DNA from: the human T2T-CHM13v2.0 reference genome, Homo sapiens
Assembly: GCF_009914755.1 (NCBI RefSeq)
Contig: NC_060934.1
Length of the DNA stretch: 64,000 nt
Reading direction: 5' to 3' (one strand)
Numbering within the stretch: position 1 is the first letter of the stretch; each line of letters starts with the position of its first letter. Made by a program: the position numbers and the translations under genes. The notes under the pieces were generated by a model, which did not search any database, was not told where the DNA came from, and saw only the letters and a list, made by a program, of their open reading frames with translations. Shown here piece after piece: positions 29,325 to 41,254 of this stretch.

Positions 29325-29863
29325 TTATGCAGCAGAAAAGGTGTAGCCAGTTTTGTGCTTATCTGAATCTCTTTCACATAATGAAACGGGGCCATCCGCA
29401 TTTCACTCATGTCTGAGATTCTGTCTACACAGTGCATTGTTTCTATAGGATAGCTGTGATCAAACTGGTGATACATGAGAATCACTTGGGGTGCTTAAAA
29501 AGTCCTCAATCGTCTTCTTTATTCAGAGATTTTTTTTTAAAAAAAGTCTCAATCCAGGGCCCCATCCTAAAAGATTTAATTCAGTAAATTTGGAGTAGAG
29601 CCTATGAATTAGTATTTTAGGAAACACTCCAAATGGTTCTGTTGGAGGTAGTTCCTGATTACTTTCTAGAAATACTGTCATAAGAAGTAAAACACCTGGT
29701 TTTAAGATCATGTAACATACTAGAGATTCGTAGCTGAAGTGTGAAGGCATATGACTATGTGATGAAAAGATGTATATGCAACTAACGTATTTTAGGTTTC
29801 ACATAGCAATTGCATTTTTTGCATTCATTTTAAAGTTTTTCTACATAGAAACTAGCGATTCTT

Positions 29864-30426
<563 letters not shown>

Positions 30427-31155
30427 GGAAACTAGTGACCCTTAAGTTGAGTTTCTATGAGTCTTTATGTTCTACATATGAGTGGGCCTCCCACTAGGAG
30501 TTTCTTATTTGTAGCAGTTGTTTGCATATTTATTTAGTCATGATGATTTTAAGTTACCAAATAGAAAATGAATAAATGAGAACAAACACTTAAAAAAAAA
30601 GAGGACCCTAAGGGTGATATTTCATTAAAGTTTCAGAAATATATCAGGCTTGATTACTTAAACAGTTGTATAAAGATCTTTCAGATATTTAGCTGAGGTT
30701 AATTCCTTTAAAATAAACCATATAGGTCACATAGTACTAATAAAATATGTTGACGAATCCTTGAGTATTGCCCTGATTATATCTCCTTGGGGAATGGAGA
30801 ACTCATTAGCATGAATTCCGTGTTAGTCCTCCCTGCCTTGTTCCCCAAGTACTTTCCAGACTGGCTTGGCATAAAAGGGTGATCAAAATGTATGCAGCAT
30901 GGCCAAGTTTCAAATGAATGGCTCATCTAACTCCACTGATTAAATACATAACATTATGTAGTTTGAAAAGGCTGTTGTGCTTCATTAAGTTTACTTTTCT
31001 GTCTGAGAGCTTTAAAAAGGTAAATTTTGCGGGGGTGGGATAGGGAGAGGATTCTATAAATTCTTGGCTCTTCATATTCAAATGGCATATGCATATTTCC
31101 CAACCCAAGGGAAAATCCTCAAAGCTGAGAAGTTGTTAAATTGGGAACAGTAAGG

Positions 31156-31179
31156 GTGTGTGTGTGTGTGTGTGTGTGT
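31156..31179 (+). repeat. (GT)12 microsatellite
   Basis: Directly visible. Confidence 0.95.
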
Positions 31180-32105
31180 CTGTGCATGGAGAAAGAGGAA
31201 GAGAGAAAGATAAACCTGTTTGCTTTCTGAAACAACAAGTAGTAAAACAGGTTGTTTAGGGTAAAGTCCCTTGAACTAGATAATTGATTTTAAATACATT
31301 TGCCTATAATAATACCTTATATTTACATAGTGCTTTGAAAAGTTCAAAGCATTTTTACATTTATTATCTCATTTGAACTTCACTACAACCCTATGAAGTA
31401 GGTACAGCACGTATTATAATCCACCGCCACCACCACTTAAAAGACAGCTATACTGAGGCACAAGCATGTCGAGAAACTTGTTTAAGGTCATATAACCAGT
31501 TGGTGTTACATCTAGAACTGGAACACCAGAACTCTGAAACTGAAGCCTGTGTTTTCTTGGCAGAAAGTGCCTCTGCTACTGCTTGATCTACCCAGAGTTC
31601 CTGTTGAGATTTGTGGCTACAATTTAATTGGAGAATACAAATCAGGCACGTCTAAAGAGCTCTACAGAAAAGAGATTGTTTCTTTTAGATCATGACTGTG
31701 TTAGGAAAGGGAGGTAGAGAATGGAGTCAGTTGTTTTGGACAATGCAAATTAAAAACAAACAAAAACACTTTGTAGTCAGTTTCTGGATATGTTGGGAGC
31801 AATTCATTCATTAAATCGTGTATTCATTTTTTAAAGTATCCGTTAAGTGCCTTTATATAAGAGACTGTGCTGAGCACTTTGGGAAGAGGTAAAGAAATGC
31901 ATTCAATTTGCGGGGAGGGGATGTGGGGGAATGCTTTGAATTATACAAATAATCACCATTTTATTCATTGTTCAATACTACCTGGTAGATGAAATAAAAA
32001 GCCCTCCTTGCAGAGAAGCAAGGAAAACAAAAACAGATGAAGGAAACTGGGCAACTAATTTCTTTTAATTCTCTCCCTGTAGGAGGCATTAAAAAAAAAA
32101 ATTGA

Positions 32106-32326
32106 GGCCGGGTGCGGTGGCTCACGCCTGTAATCCCAGCACTTTGGGAGGCCGAGACAGGCGGATCACAAGGTCAGGAGATCGAGACCATCCTGGCTAA
32201 CACTGTGAAACCCTGTCTCTACTAAAAATACATAAAATTAGCTGGGTGTGGTGGCATGCGCCTGTAGTCCCAGGCTGAGGCAGGAGAATCGCCTGAACCT
32301 GGCAGGCAGAGATTGCAGTGAGTCGA
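32106..32326 (+). mobile_element. Alu (Y/Sc-like), 3' end missing
   Basis: Sense Alu ending at gcagtgagtcga with no tail. Confidence 0.9.
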
Positions 32327-32461
32327 CTAATTTTTGTATTTTTAGTAGAGACAGGGTTTCACCATGTTGGCCAGGATGGTCTTGATCTCTTGACCTCGTG
32401 ACCTGCCCGCCTCAGCCTCCCAAAGTGCTGGGATTACAGGCATGAGCCACCATGACCGGCC
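32327..32461 (-). mobile_element. AluSc-like left arm fused to the previous Alu
   Basis: ctaatttttgtatttttagtagag...gatctcttgacctcgtga...ccggcc. Confidence 0.9.
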
Positions 32462-32914
32462 AGACCCTGGGAAATTTCAATCCAACTTCCTCACTTTACA
32501 AAATAGGGAACTAAGAACCAAATAAGGTTATTTACTTGTTCAAGATCACACAGGTACATCATTAACAAAAGCTGTGCAAAGAAAATTAAAGGCAGAATAT
32601 TTCCTTTATTTCTTTCTATTCATATTTTGAGATCACACCTCTTCATTTACTTATAGAGAAAAAAACATAACTGGTAAGTGCTTAAATCAAGTAATATAAA
32701 GATAAAATGTAAGGTTATAATGCAGATTCTCAGGTGGACACGACACATTTTAATAGTGTAAATAGCAGATTCATATGCACTTAGAGTCAGTCAATCCACT
32801 TGTGTTTCTTAATTTTGCTGACCTTTGAATTGCCACTGAAATAGCATTAATACTGTGCTATTATCCAAAAATTATTTTAGATATATTTTGTTTTTTCTAT
32901 ACATAATACTGTAA

Positions 32915-33211
32915 TTTTATTTTATTTTTTTTTGAGATGGAGTCTTGCTCTGTCACCCAGGCTGGAGTGCAGTGGCGCGATCTTGGCTCACTGCAAGCTC
33001 CGCCTCCCGGGTTCAAGCAATTCTCTGCCTCAGCCTCCTAAGTAGCTGGGATTACAGGCGCCTGCCACCACGCCCGGCTAATTTTTGTATTTTTAGTAGA
33101 GACGGGATTTCACCATCTTGGCCAGGCTGGTCTTGAACTCCTGACCTCGTGATCTACCTGCCTCAGCCTCCCAAAGTGCTGGGATTACAGGCGTGAGCCA
33201 CCACGCCCGGC
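32915..33211 (-). mobile_element. AluS (Sg-like)
   Basis: Antisense dimer; TSD aata(c/t)tgt(a/g)atttt. Confidence 0.93.
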
Positions 33212-33719
33212 AATATTGTGATTTTTTATATCACATGAGCACACATTGAAACCTGTCAACAATATATTTTCTAATACTGGTATTCACTGAAGTTCCAAGT
33301 ATGCTTATAGGTAGGACTTGAATCCATTGCTTCTAGTCACATAAACGAGTTTTAATTCATTTTTCTTTTTATTCTTATATTAAATACTAAATAGCTTTCC
33401 TTTATATAGTTATTATTTTAGTACGATGTTGAATATTAGCACAAATATTAAATTAAATTAAATATTAGCACAAATTACTAATCAGTTTCAAGGCATACAA
33501 CTTTATTTTGCCATTACCCCAATGTTTGAAATTAGCAGGGCTCTTTAAAACTGGTGCTTCTAGCATTTCATTGACTTACACTAAAATCATTGCCTCCATT
33601 CCTCAACCACCCAGTTAATTTTAACCTTGACCTCCCACAGCTGTACTCATTTACTCAGTCCACAAAACTCCCTGATTCCATCCTCTCTGCCTCTTATGAA
33701 GCAATACTAGAGAGGAAAA

Positions 33720-34004
33720 ACAAAACCCATTCCTTTAAGAAAGATTCCGCCTCCTCTCATAAGCAAGCGCCTAATGGTAATTGTAGAGTTTACTAAGTCA
33801 AACACTTACTACTCAGCATTGAGAGAAGCTGCTGCTGCTAATGCTGCTGCTGCTGCTGCCGCCGCCGCCGCTGCTGCTGCTGCTGTTGGTCTGAGGCTGC
33901 AGTAGGTTTCTGTGCAGCATTGCAGAATCCACACCTAGAGAACAGAAGACACAGACACGTACGTCTACTACCCTTGTTAGAAGGAAGCTTTGGATCTTCG
34001 GTGG
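33720..34004 (+). other. ADD3: ADD3 alternative non-coding 5' exon containing a trinucleotide repeat; start approximate, possible acceptor at 33640
   Basis: gcagaatccacacctagagaacagaagacacagacacgtacgtctactacccttgttagaaggaagctttggatcttcggtgg recognised from memory as ADD3 mRNA 5'UTR; donor TGG|gtaagg at 34004/34005. Confidence 0.8.
33828..33884 (+). repeat. Compound trinucleotide repeat (GCT)4 AAT (GCT)5 (GCC)4 (GCT)5
   Basis: Counted directly from the sequence. Confidence 0.97.
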
Positions 34005-35569
34005 GTAAGGAGATCTATCTAGCTATTTTGTCCAGAAACTGTGAGAAAAGGAATGATCATGGAAAAGACTGTTCATCAGACATGCTTAAAATGGATTATG
34101 TTAATTTGTCTTCCTTTGGTGGTGGTGGGGGTGTCCAGATTTGCGACTAGCAAAATATAGTGAGGACTATATTCTGATAGGTGCCCTTAGGATACTTTTT
34201 TTGCTATTCATAAAAAGGCTAACCTTGATGCATGCAAAGCTTTTCATTTTTTTGCTTTTTAAATGCAAGAAAATATCCAGCCACTCCCAATATCTCTCTC
34301 AAATACTGCAGATATTTTTAAATACCAAATAAAATGTCAGGCTGAGCATTTTCTAAACAATTTTCTTCCTCAAACTAGGCAGCCTTCCCCACGATTCGTT
34401 AAGAGTATTTAAAAATAATAAGGCATGGTTGGATTTTTTGAGCAAATGGGAGATGGTGGTAGACTAAAATTTCTACAGCCTTAGTCCAGTGGAGAGAGAA
34501 AACGATAAATGCATCACAGTTTGTGTCAAGACAAGATTCATTTTCCACACTTCATATGTGGGAAGAGGAAACTACATTTTAATTAGCACATTTTTAGGGA
34601 GGAGGGGGGGATGAAGATGAGGCGGATGGCGTGAGGTATTTGAGGGGGACGAGTCTGCAGATGAGGAAAGGAAATGAAGTGGATTGTCGCCAGTGCCTTG
34701 GAAACGAAGGGGGATAAGGGTGGGGAACGAAGTTTGTTGTGTGTGTTAGGGTGGGGTTGGCCCAAGGGACCATGAATCATTAGAATGGCGCTCGGAGGGG
34801 TGTGCTTGCAAGTGTACTGGTGCAGGAGGGACGTGGAAGTCGTGGGTGGCAGAGAAAAGTGTGCACCGCTGGGAGGTCTATTTCAAGAATAGGTTGGGAT
34901 GAGAAACATGTCTGGGCGAGGGGGGTGGGAGGCCCGGTGTCACCTGTGGATGGATCCACAGCCCTGCAATTGCGTGTTGCAAAGTTTGCCCGGCCCCGCA
35001 TTCATTTTGAAGGTTCTTGGCGATGCCTCGACTTTTCGCCTCAAAGAAGTGAGCTCTCATAAGGTTCAGAGGCCGGGAGCCAAAGCGGGAGTGAAGACTC
35101 TCGAGGGGTCCAAATGAAGCAGAAGCGAGAGCCCCTGTCCTCCCCCTATGTGGAGGTGAAGCAGGGGTTGTGGGGACTAGGCGCCCGCGAAGGCAGCTGT
35201 GCTGAGAGCAAAGTCCAGGCCCCACGGGGGGCGTGCGGAGGTTGAACCTTTGCAGTGGCCTCCTACAGCCCCAGCAGCCAGCGTGGGCGGCCGAGGCTGA
35301 CTCAAAGCGGCGGCTCAGCCTCGGGAGTAGGAGTAGGGGGCTCGCTCATTTAGGGCGGGAGACATTTCCGAGGCGCCCCTCCTCCCCTTCGCGGTCGGGT
35401 TTCTATCGGGGTCGTTTCCCCCTCTGGCCCTCCGGGGACGCCGCGGATTCGAGCTGCACAGTCAGAAGAGGACGTTGAAAAGGCGCCAGGCAGCCGCCCC
35501 GAACCAGGCCCTCCCGGCTGCCGGGCCTGCAGGCCCCCACCGCTGCGGCTTCACGGACTTAGAGCTTGA

Positions 35570-35885
35570 GGGCGCGGAGGGGGCTGCGGGGGCGGGACCA
35601 GGACTCCCGAGGGGCGCTCGGGGCGGGGCCAGAGAGAGCTCGGGGCTGCCAGAGGCGAGGTCTTGAGGAGGCGGGGCCGGGAGGCTTCGGAGCCCAAGAG
35701 GCGGGGCCAGAGGCGTAGGGGGCTGCGAGGGGCGGACCTTGGGGGCGTGACCGGGGGGGGCGCTTGGGGACCTAGGGGCGGGGCGTTAGGGGGCGGGACC
35801 AAGGGACGCTCGAGGGGCGCTCGGCTAGTCCCGCCAGAGCGCGAGCCGCCAGCCCGTAACGGTCGCCAGTGTGAGGGGCGGGAGG
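35570..35885 (+). promoter_or_regulatory. GC-box (Sp/KLF) cluster with G-quadruplex-forming potential
   Basis: GGGGCGGGGC at 35620 and 35775; GAGGCGGGGC at 35668 and 35698; further GGGGCGG at about 35589, 35729, 35790 and 35875. Confidence 0.8.
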
Positions 35886-36151
35886 GAAAGAAGAGGGGTT
35901 TAAATTAGATTTTTTAAAACACAGAGCAAGCGCCAGAGGCGTCGGCATCCCAGGTGTCGCCGCTTCCTGCTGCACAGGGCTCGGCGTACAGGTCCCTCCC
36001 TCCTCAAGCCCCCTCCCCTTCTCCCGCCCTACCCTCTGGGGCTCTGCGGCGCTTAAGAGGCGGCCGCAGCGGCGGATCCGGCGGCTGCTGCAGCCCGGGC
36101 GGCTGCCGAGAAGGAGGGAGGGGAAACACAAAGCCGGCTACGCGCTGCGAG
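35815..36151 (+). other. ADD3: ADD3 CpG-island non-coding first exon; start approximate
   Basis: Follows the GC boxes; donor GAG|gtaatc at 36151/36152; contains no ATG. Confidence 0.7.
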
Positions 36152-37374
36152 GTAATCTTGCGGGGAGAGGACGCGCCGTCGTCCCGCCTCTCTTCCGGGC
36201 CGGGACGCGGGCACCCGCGCGGGGGCTAGCACTGGGGACGCTACTGGGGGTCGCGCGGGGGTAGGGAGCGGCGGCTGGCGGGGCCAAGGGGACTTCTCAT
36301 TGGCTGTCCCTGCGGCCTCAGGTGAACCCTTTTCCGGGGCGGGAGTGGGGACCACGGCCAGGCCAGAGGGGAGCGTACCTGCGGGGGAGGGTCCGGGGGT
36401 GGCGGTGCACGGCCTGCGGCGCCGCCGGGTGGGCCCGACGCTTCGCGCGTCTGCTGGTTTTCCCTAGGAAGGCGGGGAGTACTAAAATCAGTTACTGGCT
36501 GAAGCTTAGGTGACCCCGGGGACCTTAAGCCCTGAAGGTGCGCTCCAGGGGAGTGAGAGGTTCCTGCGCTTAGAAAAGGTGGAGGAAAGGGAGCGAATGT
36601 TGGTTTTAGTTGTTTTTCTCCTCATTAAAAAAAAAATTTTTTTGTTACAAGTTGAAAGTGTTCAGTCACCTTTCTCCTATAATCCGCTTCCCCACCCCCC
36701 AACACAGACACACACAAACACACCGCCCCTACAAACGTATACATGTTAGGTTGAGCTTCCTGCTAGGGGTGACAAGCGAAGTTGGCAGCAGGTCTGGTGT
36801 GCTGGTGTTTGGGGCACGTCCAGCCTCTTTGGAGGTAGGCTATTATAGCTTAGGCAAGACCACAGACAGGTAGCATAATCTGGGCCTCTTTTAAAATGGC
36901 AAGAACGGCTTCAGGTGAACTTTTTTGTTGCAGAGATTTAATTGCAAGTAGGTGCCGGTTGAAAATGGGAGCGCAAGGAAAACCACTAATTTCCTTGGCA
37001 CATGTGCTGTTGCAATTAACCTGGTAGAGTGTTAAGGAATTTAACTTAGCCAAGAGGCTTTGAGGGAGGATTATATGCAAGTTTGGGGAAGGAATTGATA
37101 AGATTCTGGGGTATGGGACTAGCTACATACACGTGCGTGCAAGTTTACGTTAAATTATGTAGCATTTTAGATTTAGCAGTATTAAATGGTTGCTTTTCTT
37201 GGAATGGCTTCTGACTACATAGTGCAGGGTACGTTCCTAATTTTGGCTTTAGAAGACTCCTAGTGAGAGTGTTTTTAAAGATTGAAAAAATAAGAGTACA
37301 GTGCAATTTGTCGTTTTCAAGTTAAATACTTGACTGTTAAAAATATTTGTGTAATTAAGTTATGGGACCAACCC

Positions 37375-37407
37375 ATTTATAGGGTTAAGTTACTTAACCC
37401 TATAAAT
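37375..37407. repeat. Perfect inverted repeat, 16-bp arms and 1-nt spacer
   Basis: atttatagggttaagt-t-acttaaccctataaat. Confidence 0.97.
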
Positions 37408-38469
37408 AACTGGAACATTATAAATGGAGCATTTGTAGAAAGTTTTTATATCGAAGTCTCCATTATATTGTACTTGCATTATAACTTATTTTCCTTTGCT
37501 TAAATGGAGCAGATTAACTTTATGGAAGGAGGACCAGGATAAAATAAAGGCAGCTACATTTAACTCTTCATCTTTCTGAAGAGTTCAGTCTGTGATAACA
37601 CTTAAGGTGCCCAGAAGTGCTGGCATGTTGGTAATAGTTTTTAAAGAAGAAACGGGTGTATCTATTTTGAATGTTAAACATAATTTGAAGGAGTTCTTGA
37701 GATAGTTGGTTATGAGACATTCAATGTATTGCTACATTTTACATATATGATATCAGGAAATGTTTGGTGAACATTTGACATAGTTGATCATATGACACTT
37801 GGGAAATATTTTGCATGATAGAAGGATAGTATTTTCGTAATGTAAGTTTCAAGCATTGACTGAAAGGGAGAAAATTACACACTTTGCTGTCTCACCCCTT
37901 TCTTCAATATTATGCTGGCATGAATGTGAATTCTGCCTAATTATGTTTAAAGTGTAGATCTGGCCTTTGTAAAACCAGAATGTCTTTTGAGACCAAGAGA
38001 ACATAACATCAGCAACAGCCCAACTCCTACACACAATCCTAAAACCTAGATACAGGGTGGTGCCCAACTTCTGAGGTTTTGAGGCTTCCTGAAGTAGGCC
38101 TATCATGTCTGAGTGCTTTTGTCACATGTAAGCCTACAGGTGGTTAGCTGGTTAATCTCTCCCATTTCAAAGCAGTTGGTTAGCAGTACTGGGTGGCATG
38201 TATGCATGTCATCAGAGTATAAGAAGTGTTTGAGGGAAGAAATCACATAAAAGCATAGAAACCTGGCTCTGAACAAACTGTGTAGCGTGTTGGGGAACAG
38301 TCACATCAGAACTTTAGCTTAACCGAGTTGTTATATGTAAAGTGCTTAGAATGGGGTTTGTATTCAGTGCTTTTTGTGTTTATCATTATCAGTATGTAAA
38401 GTGACATATCTTTTTGAAGGCTGTTAGGTCATGCTACCCAGCATGTGAAGACTCAGCAAATATTTGTAA

Positions 38470-38665
38470 TAGCCAATATTTATTTGCCTAACCTCTGTGC
38501 CAGGCACTAAGAGTTTTATATGATTTAATTTACTTAGTCCTTCCAACAACCCAGTGGCTAAACAGAGGCATGGAGAGGTTAAGTATCTTCCCAAGGTGAC
38601 ACAGGTTGGTTCTGAAGCCAGAGTCTGGCCCAAGAGTGAGCCCATGTAACCACTGCCCCTTGTTG
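38470..38665 (-). mobile_element. MIR SINE
   Basis: tgtgccaggcact...aaacagaggcatggagaggttaagtatcttcccaaggtgacacag. Confidence 0.8.
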
Positions 38666-40607
38666 CTATTGAGCTCATGGTAATTACTGCAAACCAGTGA
38701 GAGGTCTTCATAGTATTCCCACGACTATCAGGTGCACATGTCTTGTTTAACCACATCCTCTGGTATTAATACCACCAAGTTATGCTTAAATCTAAGGAGT
38801 GGTGGTTAATCCGCATTAAATACAGTCACCTTTTGACATTGAAAGGGTATTCTCTTTTGATACACAACATATGTTTAGGGTGCTAGAGTTTGTGCTAGAG
38901 TGTGCTATCTTTCTAATTACTAAAGATACTAAAGTCTTTTTTTTTTTTTTTGAAGCTTACCAGATATGTAGGGCCCCAGGTGGCCCAGAGGGCACTAATT
39001 CCCATTGGAGATTCCAGTTCTGCAGTAAATCAGTAAACCTTATCACCTTTCTGATTACCAACATCATATCAACCTGAGATAAATTTTAACTTAAGTTTGT
39101 TCTAAATACCACCTGAGTTGCTTCCTAAAATGAACCCTAAATGCAAAGATGTAACTTGTGGCTTATACTTTGTCATTCACATTCCTCAAGGAACTGTGTG
39201 TTGCTGCTTCACCATTGTAGTTGATATGTCAAACAAATTATAAACTAAATTAGGAGCTATTTTAAGTAATGTTTAGAATTATTGTAGATAGATGAAATGT
39301 CATTTGACAACTTAGTGCAATGTAATGTTAGGAAAAAATGTTTAAAAACAAGCATGCGTTGAATTGAGAAAGTGCAAGCTTTATTGAAGACACAGGTTAC
39401 TAATCTGTTTCTCACACTAAACACTGTTTTTGTTATAATTAGTGCTTTTCAGATTCCTTTGAAAATATTAAATATGTAGAGTTTGAATTTTTAAAAAAAC
39501 TTTAAATATCTAATCGAGTGCTATTCTTCCTTTTAAACGTAGACCTATTTGAAGTTATTTAAACCCAATTTAAAATTAATTGGACAGTCCTAGACTGTCA
39601 TGTCATTGAGATTCAAAATAAGTGCCTTAATACTTTATGTCTTCTTTGTTAATACTCTATGGTTTGAACTCCGGGTCCATGCCAGAGTGTTTATAGGTGA
39701 GATTGTTATGAGGTCTTTCAGGTTCTGCCAGAGATTCAATTCTCTTGGCCAAATGCCAAGACAGTCTCAAATTTTTACTGTAATTTTTTACTGTAATGGG
39801 TTGTATATATCAAGAATCCTCTAAAACATACAGGTTAGAAGTCTTTCATTGGCTGTTGCTTGAACGAAAAAGTGTGTTATCCCTTAGATGAATATGATTA
39901 TTTTTTATTCTTGCAGTAGCTAATTATGGATGTGTGTGTCTATGTATACGTATGTCAAACCATGCTACTTGAGGGATTCTCTTCCTTTTAGGTAAAGTTA
40001 AAAATTATTCACCTGGTGTATTAATGTAATATTTATTGAGTACCAACAGTATGCATAGAGTAATACCTTTATGTGGGAAAAAAGTGTTGGAGAAAAAAGG
40101 TTTGTGGATCTTTTATTTATTTCATGTGTATTTTAATGTTGCTGAATATCTGGACCAGTCTCAAAGTTCAAAATTGAATTGCCAGTTGAAAACATGTTAA
40201 ATGTTAAGAAAGTACTGTTTAACTTAAAGTCTTAGATGGTAGCACAGATAATGAGAATCAGAGCCCCTTGTTTCCTTAAACTGTTTTTGGTTGAGTATGT
40301 TTGAAAAGCTGCGTTAACAATTCCTTTCAGGCTTCTAGGACATTACTTAACTGCATTGAAGGAATACATTTAGAGTATCCTAGAAACCTTAAAGAATGAA
40401 TGTGGCTTTCAGAGTTGTCTAGCATAATCCAAATAGTAGTAGCATGATCACCAAAAGGTATAAAATGGATGAAACCTCTCTTTGATTTTAAAAGGCTTAC
40501 TGTTCTTGTAAGTTTGTTTCTTGAAGATAATATTGCTTAGTTTTAACTCCACTAAAAGCTGAACCGTTATTGTACAAGATGTATAGGCCTTGGCATATGT
40601 TTATATC

Positions 40608-40746
40608 TTTTTTTTTTTTCTTCTTTTGTATTTTTGAGACAGCTCTCACTATGTTGCCCAGGCTGGTCTCGAACTCCTGGGCTCAAGCCATCCTCCCACC
40701 TCAGCCTCCCAGGTAGCTGGGACTACAGGCATGAGCCACAGGCCTG
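40608..40746 (-). mobile_element. FLAM (free left Alu monomer)
   Basis: Single monomer with T tail; TSD gtttatatcttt. Confidence 0.85.
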
Positions 40747-40934
40747 GTTTATATCTTTAAGGTAAGGTTAGATCTAAATTGAGCCTTTACTTGAAGTCAG
40801 ACTGATCTGCATCAGCACCATATGTTATGTTTACTTTTTTTTTTCTTTCAATGAAAATGGGCCTGAGGAGATTGGTTTGTATACGGTACATAAACTGGCA
40901 TTTAAGATGACTACCTCTTCAAACAAGGCTACGG

Positions 40935-41254
<320 letters not shown>

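Larger units (their letters stand above)
34900..36550. promoter_or_regulatory. ADD3: CpG island promoter (ADD3 main promoter, probably shared with the antisense RNA)
   Basis: Very high GC and CpG density against an AT-rich, CpG-poor background; boundaries approximate. Confidence 0.92.

Noticed and set aside
33432-33475. Direct repeat aatattagcacaaat x2; similar 15-mer pairs at 61539-61573 and at 11084/11479
   Set aside because: Ordinary short slippage duplications in AT-rich DNA; only two copies each and not CRISPR-like
33920-34150. 76-aa ORF at the repeat exon
   Set aside because: Starts at TTG and crosses the splice donor at 34004 into the intron
34583-36873. Dense overlapping Pro/Arg/Gly-rich ORFs
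   Set aside because: Stop-codon scarcity in a CpG island; many have non-ATG starts and none has a recognisable domain
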